A stretch of DNA of 64,000 nt. Origin: an uncultured bacterium (GTDB lineage: Bacteria; Oederibacteriota; JAAXVQ01; JAUVAV01). This document shows, one piece after another, positions 25,663 to 37,600 of the stretch. The translations under genes were made by a program, and so were the position numbers. Under the pieces are notes generated by a model, which ran no database searches, was not told the DNA's origin, and was given only the letters and a program-made list of their open reading frames with translations. Every line of letters begins with the position of its first letter. Within the stretch, counting starts at the first letter, position 1. The DNA is taken from the NCBI GenBank assembly GCA_965371665.1, contig CBDUZI010000001.1:9411-73410 (forward strand), read 5' to 3'.

Positions 25663-28600
25663 TTACGCGGCCATGGCGGTGCTGCGGAATATCCTCCGCC
25701 TGTATTTCTCAAACGCATCGCGGTCGATGCTCACGGGCAGCAAATTCAGGATGTCCCGGAATGCGCCCAAAGCTCCGCTGTTTCCGGGCTGCAGGAGCAG
25801 CCCAGGTACCAGGATGTCTTTATGCTTCACGCCCCGCGGGGTCGAATCCCATGCAGCCAGGCTCTGCGCCTCGAGGCTGGCCATGCTTCTGCACAGTTCG
25901 CTGAAAGTGGCCACAGATCGCTCGTGGTCTTTGATTAACGCCCGGGCCTCGGCAATGTGCCCCCTGGTTCGCAAGCGCCTGATCTCGACCCGCTGGGCTT
26001 TGAGCATGCGGATCATGGCTTTTACAAAACGCTGCGTGTTCTGTGTGCTTGGATTCAGGCTGAAACGCAGGTAAGCCTGGCCGAGTGCGCTTTCCGGATT
26101 ACGCAGCAGATCCGCTAGCGTTGAGTTCACTCCTACCTGGTTGAGCACTACATCAATATAACCCATGGGATTCTGACTCCTCATATTTTTGAGCACAGGC
26201 TGCGCAATCCCTAGGGGCAGGATGAACGCGGCTAGGCGCATGGCCTGCAGGCCTAGCGTGCTCCGGACAGGCAAAGCCGGGATGGCCTCCTCGACCTGGC
26301 CGTCAAATACTCTGGCCTTCACACCCACAGGCAGTTTGTCTGCAGCCACCATAGCCGGCGTGATCTTGGTATTGAGTGGGCTGGAGAGCTTAAAAACCAT
26401 TTGGGCGGACATGACAATCTTAACGTCGCCAACCTCAAACTCATGGGTGCTGACCTGGCCGGTAGCGACCGCGCGTATAAACCGCTTTTTGATTAATTCT
26501 TCTCCGATATCCCAAATCTTGTCGTTCTGATTTTTAAGTCTGGCCAGCCGCACAGACTCTGCCCGTTCGGCCTCGGCCAGCAAGACAGGTCCGATTTCGG
26601 AATCCAAGGGAACCAAAGTGCCGGCAGCTACAGGAGTTCCGTCTGCGGCTGACCAAGCAGCAGTCAGGAGCTTATTCAGGAACTGCAGCCGCTTGCTCAC
26701 GCCTGTGTCCTGGCAGGATTTCTTCTTTAAATCATAGAGGGCCTGCTGCACCCGATTCTGGAGGTTCTTATAGGAAGCAGGCATAGTCATCAGGTAGACT
26801 TTTTGGGCCTTGACGTCCTCGTCCGGTTGTGCTAGCTCACGTTCAGGATCGCCAACAGGCAATTCCGCCTGGCTCTGAATCAGGAGCGAGAGCAGGTCAT
26901 TGAAGACCATGGCCTGGAGCTCGGACGCCAAGCTGCGGCTCTCCCTGGCCAGATCGCGTAATCTTGCAGCCTGACCGCCTTCCTCTACGCCCTCTACGGA
27001 TTCCATTACCTTCAACAAGGTTTCCAGGTTCGGTTCAGCGCCCTCCTGCAAAGCGGTCTGCAATTGTTCGCGTATCTGAGTTAAGCTGAGATCTTGTTGT
27101 GCTTCTGTAAGGTTTTGGGCGGCGGTCAGCCAAATTTCTGCCAAGCGAATAATTGAATGCACACCTAAGGCAACAGGTTTTCCTGTCTGTTTTTTGATCC
27201 AGGTTAATGCTGGTGTCCCAATTTTGAGCGAATCCGATCCCTGTTCAGGTTGCTCCTCGTCCAGTTCCCTGGTCCCAACCCCGAAGCCCATGGCCATGGC
27301 CAGCGGATCCAGCCGGGTTTTGGCGTAATACCGCTCAGCCTGGTAGCCCGCGATTACTGCAAAGAGGAAAGCATTGATGCGGTAAACCAAACGGTCCAGG
27401 CGCGAACGCAGGCTGTTGTCCAGTTCTGGCACCTGCTGAGAAAGAGCCTGGAGCAGGCGGTCTGGCACATAAATCGTAGGCCGTTGCGCGCCCTTACTGT
27501 CCAGGTCTCCGTACTCAAGATACGCGCCCAAAGCCTGGCCATGCACCAGCCGGCTAAACCCGTTCGCCTGGAGAGCGGAGAGTGGTCTAAACAGCACCTG
27601 CTGAATCTTGAACTTACGCGCTGCGGCTGCATCTGGAATCAACAGCAGGCGTTTCATCCGGTTGAGCAACGGATTGTTATCATCTACGACCACAGGCTCG
27701 GCCGTACGAGGGTTGAGGAAGATCAAAGTCGCAGCCTGCAGGAGGGCCAGCACTGGCATTAAAAGTCCTGTTAGGGCGCCGAGTGGTGCTCTCAAATTCA
27801 GGTTCCCGGCCTGGCTGCTGTCATTAAAGAATAGGGCTGAAGTCAAGCCGTAGCGCAAAAGCCTTAAGGGCCAGAACCGGATGCCGCGATAAGGCAGATT
27901 CATGTCCTCCCCGGCCGGCAGGATCTGGTGCAGACGCTGCAATTTGCGGACTAATGTTGAGGGGCCGGCCGTATCCCCTGTAGGATGAGCCTCTCGCCTG
28001 CCAGTAAGCACGGCATCCTGCTGTTTTTCAGACAGGCGAGACGCCTGTTCTAATAATAACTGAATAGTTAACTTGTGGATCGAGCACACCTGCGACCAGT
28101 AGGCAAGCAGCTCTGCAGCCATGCGAGTGCGCGGTTCCAGGCCTTTTTTCCGGCGTGCCTGGTGATCGCAGCGGTGGGCATCCTCATGCTCGAAGATCGA
28201 GCGCTGTTCTGCAGGTGTGAGATAGGAGAGCCGCACCAAATTGGCTATGATCTTGCCGCTGCCAGGATCGTAGAAAGTGATTTTGTTCAGGTCAGTGGCA
28301 GAAAAGCCGGCGCGCTGCTCTAGGGGCAAGACCGCCATGTCCACAACATTGGGATTTTTCACGAATTGCGCGATGACTGTCTGCTGAACATCGCCCCGAG
28401 GCCGGCCATCTGCAGCCCTGCGGCCACTCCACCAGATGCGGGCAGATTGCAACAGGAAGAAGCCGGCTATGGCCGGCATCAAGACTACACCCAGCCCTCC
28501 CAGGATGAAGCCGGCCGCACCCAGGCCCAGGCCTAAGCCAGTGAGCCCGACCAAGGACGCATAGCCGAATACCAGGGTTGCGTAAGCGCCCATGGCGCCA

Positions 28601-31600
28601 AGGGCTGCCAGGGCAGCGGCTGCCAAGCTGCCAATGCTCGAGACCAGTTGGACGCCTTCTCTGGGCAGGACCTGCCGCCAATGTTCCAGATATTCCAAAA
28701 TTTCTTCGGTCGGCGGCAAGCCTCGCAGGAAATCAGCCGTATCCGCAAATCCGAAATACTGCGCGTAGAAATTTAAATCCTTCTGATCGGTTGGAGATAA
28801 TTCATCATACGTGTATTCGTTGATCGCCGGCAGGTCTAGCTCAGGCAGATGATTCGTCGAATAGAGATACACTCCAGCATAAGAATCAACCAGATCGTAC
28901 AATTGTCCATAAGTCTGAAGCTCGTTCACATTGCCGATGTCTTCGATCCGGTAGCCGGCTTTGGCTAATATCCGCCGGAAGTCTCCCTCGGAAAACTCGT
29001 AACAGAAATATCCTCCGCCCCGGTATTGGTGCAGTTCCTGATTAAGGACATTGACCCAATTTCTCCAGTCACGGGCATCCAGGGTCTGCTGTCCGAGAAA
29101 CTCAGGCAGGGTCTGGGTTCCCGGGAAGGGCTGGGTAAGCAGCTGATCACCATAGGAGGCGAGAAAGAAAGCTAACTGGTCAAAGCGTAAATTTAAAGTA
29201 TTGACGAAGTTCTCAAAATCCCGATAGCCCATATTCTGCGCGATTTGATTGTATTCTTCCAGGGTGTAATCGCGGCCCAAAACGTGGTTTAAAGCACCTG
29301 CCAGACGCCCGACATTATCCAAAGTGATGGTTTCCTTGCCTCCCTGCTCCACATAAACCCGCTGACCGTCCTCACCTCTAAGATTCAAGGCGTAGAGCAG
29401 GTTTTCAAACAGGGCGTTAGTCTTACCGGACAAGGGATGGTAATAACCTGTTTTCCCAAAGTGGAAGGGACTGTCTCCCAGGAACTGGCTGAGCTGCGGC
29501 GGATAAACTTGCTGGTTTTTATATGTGGCCAGGTCCCAGATATAGTTCCAACTGCGGCTGGTTACATGGATGCCGCTCCAGATCACAAAGGCCGCGAAAA
29601 CGCTTAATTTTGAGCTGCGTGATACCCGATACAGGAAATTATTGAATCTTTTGGTCTTGGCCAGCGCCACCATCAGTGATAGAAAAAACACCGTACCAAG
29701 CTGTAATCCCCAGGTGTTGTACCACATCCGGCTGAAGTTGGCGATAATCTGGAGTTGTTTGGGTACTTCTTGGCTACCGGACAAATCCCGCAAAAATTCA
29801 CGGATCAGCGCCTGTTGCAGAGCCCGGTCCTCTGCCTGTACCGGGTAATTTTGGAGAGCCCGGGCATCGGGGTTGACAGAATCCAGCAGGGTAGACCGGG
29901 TCGGCTTTTCCCATACCGTCATTCCGCCCCGCAGGAAATCCAGGCCTGGCAGGACGCCAATCTGCTTCCAACCCGTGGCCACCAGCAGCCGGTTATATCC
30001 CGCATTTCCACTGATGACACGGTCTAAGCCGTATTGCTCATTATTTATTAAAATATCAATCAAGGGTGTCATGGAATTCATGCCGCGCTCAAAACCCAGG
30101 GTCGCAGCATCGTATCTGACTTCTGAAGGCGTTCCTTTGAAGCGCTGGTTGTACTGAATGGTATCCGCCATACGGCCCAGGGAAACGCTTGGAATGCTTG
30201 TGATAATCGGGAACTCCGCTCCTACGACCAGATAGCGGGTGTTCACCGTTCCCAGGCCTCTTAAACTGTTCGTATCTAAAAGCATGTTCAGATCCGGATA
30301 TCCAGACGGATGCAGGGGAACGATCTCTTGGCCGAGTTGCAGTTCTCCTGGTCCTGGAAATGCCTCTGGCACTCCTTCGGCGCCAGCCTCGATTTTAATA
30401 ATCCGTCTTCTCATATCTTGAGTCTGGGCGCCGATCACCAGGTTTGGCGTCGACCCTGTCTCCTGCAGAGCTATGTTTGCCGGTATTTCACCTTCCCATT
30501 CATAAACCGCTTCCAATCTTTCGCTCAAGGTTTCACCTTGAGCGGTGATTCCTTCCAAGTCAGACGAAACAATAGTTTTGACTACAAATTCATAATACTC
30601 ATCGGTTTCTACATCTTTTAAAAGCAGTTTTCTGACCTCCGGGGTATCCAGGTTGTAAACCATCACTCCTGGGGCATAAGCCGGGGTAAGCCGAACCCAG
30701 GTCTCTGGCTCCCCAGCGCGGTTCGCCATATCCCGAGACACCTCGATAATGATGTTGGAGTTGGCGCTCGGCGTGCGGCTGTGTACTCGGGCAATCAAAA
30801 ATTTAGGCAATTCCCGCAAGCGAAGTCTCCGGCTGGCAAATCCATATTCCTCGATTTGAGTTGTTGTAATTAGTTCCCCACCCTCGACCCGGGTCGATGT
30901 AAACCAATCCTCGGGATTTATTGGAATATTAACTTTCGGGCGAGGTAGTTGTCCGGGTTTGATTTTTTCCATAACCAAGGCTGGAACCCGGATAATGTAA
31001 AAGTCAAACCAGGCTCGGGCAGACCGGTTTTCAGTCTCGCTGAACTGATCGACTACGCCTAATGAAACTTCGAAGGATTGGTTTCCAGATAAACCCCATT
31101 CCCGGAGCAGATCTGCCAGATTAATCCTCTCCTGGTTACTCTGGCTGTTGAATGCAGCATAAACGTATCCGTCTGGCAGGGACGGATGATGAATGGCGAC
31201 ATAGTACGTGCGGGTTATGTCACTGATCTCCATATTCAGCCAGACATTTTCGCTGTCCAGATCCACGCGGATAGGCTCGGGCATGCGCACGCTGGCCCGA
31301 TTGGCGCCGGAAGTATTCGCGCCGCGAACTAGCAGGCCTCCCTCTTCATTCCAGTCTACCCGCGCATCCTGGAGGTGTGCCTCCTGCAGCTTCACAGAGG
31401 TATAATAGTCATCGATTATCTTGTGCGGTTCAATATCGCTTTTGTCGGCGTAAACATGCATGACCCGGTCTGCGCCCGCGGGATCGGACAAAGCCGCAGT
31501 GTTCTCCTGCCCTATCTCTCCAAAGCCAGCAGCTTCGACTTCAGGCGATTGCGAAACTTGCCCGGCCTCGAACGAGCCGAATCCTCCGCTGATATCATGC

Positions 31601-34600
31601 TCCGTGAATACCGCGCGGCCGATTTGGCGTACGTAATCATCGCCAGCTTCAGCCGGAAAATTCCCGAGCATCAAGAAACAGTTCAAGTTGTATTCATGCA
31701 GCATATTTTTGATTCTTTCGATCTGCGGGCCGACCGGTTGGTGCATGTCTTGCACCTGGATGGAGATACCATCGACCTGCGCCAGGGTAAGAGGTCTAAA
31801 CAGGATATTATGGAAGGCATCTGCATAGTCGAGCTGAAGAATGAGCAGATGTTTGTCACCGTCGATTTCTTTGAGGAAAGGAATCATTCGGTCATACCAT
31901 TTAATCAAGTCTTGTCTGAGATTGATTCTCTGCCAGTCCGTCTCGGGGGTGTTTCTCAACAGGACATCGGGTCTGTCGGACAGACTATAAACAATATTAG
32001 GATAACTATGCAGCCTTTCCACTATCGTCCGGACGTAATTTTTATTCTCTTTATAACTTTTTGCTATTTCGTCTGGGTAAATCGTATGTAACAACGCTCG
32101 ATTGAGGCTTATAATATCTTCTTCTGCCAGGATCTTTTGGGAAGCTGCCGCTTCTTTCGCTTTTGTTAATAATTGCTCAACTGCTGGAGATAGTTTGAGC
32201 TTGTCAGCATCCACTTTGGTATATAAATCAGGCATTTTCAGGACGGCATTGAATGCTTCAACCGCCTGTTTTTCTGTAAGGGTTGGCAGTTCCTCGATAC
32301 CCATGTCAAGTTCTGCAAGCAAAATAATATCGGCTTTACTTTCCCCTTTTAGTATGTACTTTAATCCCTCGACATCTAAATCGCCTTCGCGAAACACCGA
32401 AGAGGACTCAATGTCTCCCCCAAAATCCTGGTAATTTTCAAACAAGCTGACCACAACCATGATGTTTGCATCCTGGGCTAGCTGTATAAAATTTTCTAAC
32501 TTGTCCAAGTAGCTGATGTTGACATTGGGGCCGCCGAATTCAGTGTAGGGAATCTGCATAATGACACTGTTGGCATTCTTATCTCGCAGGCCTTGCACGA
32601 GTTGGCCCAGGGATTCCGGTGTAGCATTTTCCCACCAGCCCGGCTGGGAAGTGTCTAGATTAAATCCCCAAAGCTTGACCACGTTGCCCTGGTCATCGGT
32701 AATTTGTCCGTAGCCCATGGCCGGAGCTCCGCGCACCTGGTAAGCACCTCGTCCGCCCATTTCGATGGTTTGCAAGGACGGCACTTCATAGTCGAAGATC
32801 GCCTGCAGCTGTCCGGTCCCGGTAACCTGCAACCAGTAGTTACCTTCACGATCCTCCACCTCCCTGTAGTCCACGCCCACGTATAGTCCCTGACGGTTAC
32901 TCGGCATGGAAAATTCACTTCGCCAGGAGCCGATGTCGATGCCTGCCTCAGGATAAACAAAACCTAATCGAGACCCCCAATCCATGCTATTACCCTTAGA
33001 GTCAAGCATGGCTTGGATTTCAGGCGGACACTGGTCCGGCCGCAACGTCTCAATGCCCCGAATGTGCGCACCCATGCCGGCTACAGGGGAAACACCTCCC
33101 GTAGGCAACGTTTTGCGCGAAGACTCCGGGTCCCTTTCTATTTGGAGCGGTGATTCCTGCCATTGGCCGGTTATACCCATATCAAAGCGTATGGCCCCTC
33201 CCATCTTTGCCAGTTTCTCCGGAGATAACACGATGTAATAAGTACTGGGAGCAGGGATATCCCAAGTAGCTAAGGGTTTGGGAACACCCAACATAGATTT
33301 CCTGGACATTGCTTGTCCGCGGGTTTCTATGCGCGATATGGCCAGCCTGTCCGCTTCCTCGGTCGCCAGTATTTTAGCCTCGGCTATTTTCTCCTCTGTT
33401 TCCGCACCCTGCATGAATCTTTCCAGGGCGGTTTCATAATCGGCTCGCCAGGCGCGCATTTCTACATCGTTCCCAAACTGTTCCTCACTAGGATCTAGTT
33501 TAAAATACAATTGCGCATTGGGGGAAAGTTGATCCACCTGGATGGCAATAATATTGTAGCCCTCTGGCAGAACCATCTTCCGGCTGACATAGCCCCGGCT
33601 ATGCCGCGGGCTGGTTCCGATCAGCGTCAAGCCCTCGGAGTCGGCGCTGAATTTTAAACCGTATGGCTCCCACTCCCAAACCCGCACTCCCTTTACAGAT
33701 ACGTCGTACCGGTCCCCGGCTAGGGGAACACTCAAGCGGCCGCTGTCCAGATTATCGGGTACGCCAGGATCATACGGCAGGATTTCGGGAGCCGGCCGCT
33801 CGGTGTAGTCTACATTCAAACCCTGCTGGTAGGCGCGCATGATATTCATGGCAATACTATTATCTAAAGTTTCATCCTCGCCTATTCGGTTCCGGAAAAA
33901 GAGAGTTTGCAGATAGCTAGCTGCCCGCAACCGATCCCAGCCTTCAATATTAGTCCACTCCGTGGCCAGATCCGGGTTCAGGCTGAGGAAGGGATCGAAT
34001 CCGGCAAGGAGCGCTTCATCGGATAACGCCGGGTTTTTCTTCCAAAAGTTGATTCCCATCCTTTCTTCGTGTCTAATAAGATCGGTAGATGCCAGGAAAT
34101 AATTCAGGGCAGACGCGGGAACAACGGAGAGATTCGGGAATCCGGGAATAGTTATCTTTCTCCAGCGCAAAGCTTCCCGGGTTTTTTCGGCGTGGGCATC
34201 CACCATGCCGAAAAAGTTTTCTATGGTAAGCTGATTAGGCTCATAGGCCACGAATAATTCCGAATGCTGGATCGGCAGAGGCCTATGTATGCCTTTTAAG
34301 GGCTGAAATCGATCGACCATCCATTCCAGACTACGGAGGAAGATGTTCGAGCCTTCTGTAGCAATATTTTCATATTCTCCGGACTCAAAACGCCCCAGCC
34401 CGACCTTCACGTCCGCCAGGGGACTCTGGCCGCCGGCCACAGGCTCAGGCCGAATAAAATGGGCTTCTGGTCCATACCACAATTGCCGGGCATGGATCAT
34501 ACCGTCCAAAACTACATGCGCATCCTCCAGCGAATTAATTCCGTACTCTTTCAGCCGGCCTTCATCGATCAATCGTTGCAAAACCAGCTCGAAATTTTCT

Positions 34601-37600
34601 TCGTAAATCACGCCTTGGGACCACATAGCCTCGACATCAAATATCAGCTCTAAAACGTCCTTCAGACCTTCAAAGCCGTAATCCCTGAGTATTCCGTTGT
34701 GATGGAGGTAGATCACCAGCAGTAAGTCTTTGGCTCGGCCGCGCGCCGCATAAAAGTTCTGCTGATTATCCAGCAAAGCACACGCCTCGTTAATGTCTAT
34801 ATCGTAGTTTTCCAGGACACCACCGGCTTCCAGGTCATTTAGTACCTCCTCGAAGGGCGTGTCCTGTAAAACGTCCCAAAGGACATCGATATTGTCGTTG
34901 ACAAATTCCATCTCATGGAAAGGCAAAAGCCTGACGTCTTGCCGTTCCAGCAAATAGGCCGGATGCCGCGTCCAGACATAGCGATAAAGAATCTCGGGAG
35001 TCCAGTACTTAGAGAAGAAATACTTGGGCCAAGGCAGCAGTGTCTCCCCGTTCATGCCTGAGTCTTCTCTTAAAAGCCGCTCGAACTCCGCATAGGTAAG
35101 CGGATCATAACCATTCTGTTCAACGAGATGATTCAATTCAAGCAAGATGGCCCGCATGGCCACCTTCTGGTCAGAGCGCTCCACACCCCTTCCGATATTC
35201 GTTCTTTTCAGTTCCGGCATGAACGTGGATTTCAATTCATGCTGCAGGCGGTCGCCAGGATAAAAATTGAAAATCTGCCAGAGGTACTGCGTGACTCTCG
35301 ATTCCAGTTCCCGGGCAGAATACCTGGCCAAAATATCGTTCCGGTACGGCTCCCAAAGGCCGTGAGCCTGCAGAAGTCTCATTTTCTCCTGGGGTGAAAT
35401 CGTACCGGCCTGAAACCGCCGCAGGGCGATGATGTCCCTGACGTCGAACCGGCCTTCCTTTTGCAGGGCGTTCAATTGCACGAGCAATCTGTCCGCTTCG
35501 TCGGGAAAAGCCCATTGCTCGGTTAGCAGGTTATCGAAACCGGCCGGGGAAAAACCCATGAGGCTTAAAAAATCTTCCAGTTCAATGCCATTTTTCGGAA
35601 GAGACCGCTCAACGGCTGGAATACCGCAAAAGTCGAAGACCCGCGATTGTTCGGTGAACCCGGTTACTGTCGGCCCGACCAGCGGATTGCCAGAAGCGCT
35701 AATGGCAAACTCAAATCCACCTGCTTCGGCCACCATGAATTCCCGGTATTCCTGTTCAAAATTATCCGGCCGAAAGACCGCTTCATCCGGAACAATGTAG
35801 TTCCAGTAATATCGTTCATCCCAGCCATCGGCTTCAAAGGCTGCCCAGCGAAGACGGGTTTTTCTCTCCAACTCGGCCACGATCCATTGCTCATCCTGGA
35901 TTACGTTCTGCACGTTTTTGGCATTCACCTGGGAAGGCTTGAGGAAGCGGGCAATTTCATTCTGGATTCTGAGGTACCAGTTATACCTGGCCAGTTCGGA
36001 AACATTTGGATTATTCGGATCATAGCCGTAATTAATATCCCGCACCGTTCGGATGAAAAAGGTAAAACTGATGCCCATGTCCTGGCAGAAAGCCCTGATG
36101 CTCTGGTAGTCGCTTAAGTCCAGATGCTCCATTTTCCACACTTCAGTCTGCTCCGATTCCAGCCGGACATCTTCCAACGTTCCGCAACTATCTTCCGGGC
36201 TGGGATGGGTAGTTAAGCTAATTCTTGTTTCCACGACATCCTCGATGGGTATTTCCGCCTTTTCAATTACCATCAGGAGGTCCACCTGGCTGTAGCCGTG
36301 GATAAACCACGGTCTGACTTTTACAGTAACCTCATCCTTGGTAGTGGTTTTTACCGTTAGGATGATGTCAAGGTAGCCTTGCCTGCCCATATAATTACCA
36401 GTAGAATTGTAGCGTAAAAACCGGGTGGCCTGGATTTGTTCTCCGGATACGATCCAGCTGATTCCTGCTGCGGGTTGGTCAGCCAGGGATTCAAAGGCGT
36501 AATGATTCTCGACGCCTTGCTGTGTGGCGGTGAACCGGGTCGGGTCGGTGGCATCCTGCGCCAGCATCACCACGTCGCCGGTGATCTCTGCCGTCGCGCT
36601 GGTTAAAGGCATAACCATGGTCGGAAAAGGCTCGGCCCGAACCTGGTTCGCTGACCGGTAAAGCACCTCTTTGGTGCTTTGAGAAAGTAGATGGGAATCG
36701 ATGTAAGCAGGAATTTCACCCTCTTGCTGCGTTACCGGAGTAAATATGGTTTTTAAAGCTCCGGGAAAACCGCCTGTCTGTCGCTCCTCAGCTTTACGGG
36801 CGGCGGCTTGTGGTTTGCCCACTTCGCTGGTGGTTGAGCCAGAAGATGCGAAATCCGTTGCAGGCTTTCTGGAATCCGGACCGGTATAATAGATCAGGTA
36901 ATCCAGACCCTGTTGCAGGCTGGGTATGCGCAGCGGTCCGATTCGCATTTCTGGCGTCAGCATGGCAAGTCCTTCCGAATATAAATAACCTGATAGGCGG
37001 GGGGATTGTCCTAGCCAGGTAAGTACACTAAGGATAACCGGCGTGAAAAACCACATCAGTCTCCACGCTGCCTTAGAGCGCCAGCTTGCTTCCTCAGGCA
37101 GCTTCTGATTTCGCGCCTTTTCTTTGCTCGCTCTCCAGAAATCCGGACGTTCTGGCAAGATAGCCCGCAGCTTCTGCTTGTCCCGGAAAATCCAGAACAA
37201 TCCAGCAATCATCGAAACAAGCACTCCCGCGCTGACCGCAAACAGAAGAGGAGCGATAAAGTTGCCCATAAGAAAAGCAATAATGCAGAAAACCAGGGTC
37301 AGGCTGAAAATAATTTTCCCAAAAACACGCGCAGTGGATTTGCCCATGACACCGGTTTTTTCTGCAGCCACTAAGCCGAGCGCTGCCAGAATACTGATCA
37401 TTAGTGCAGCCAGGATATCTAAAAATGCAAAATGGATTGCTCCGAAAAGGACAACCGTAAGGACGAATCCGAATAAGAAGAAATAGCTGAATTTAAACAG
37501 GCCCTTGGTAATATCCCCGGCCACCTTCCAGGTGGCCCAGTTCAAAGGCATCTGGCGTAAATGCTGCACATACTGCCTCAGATTCCTGATGGAGCCGCGG

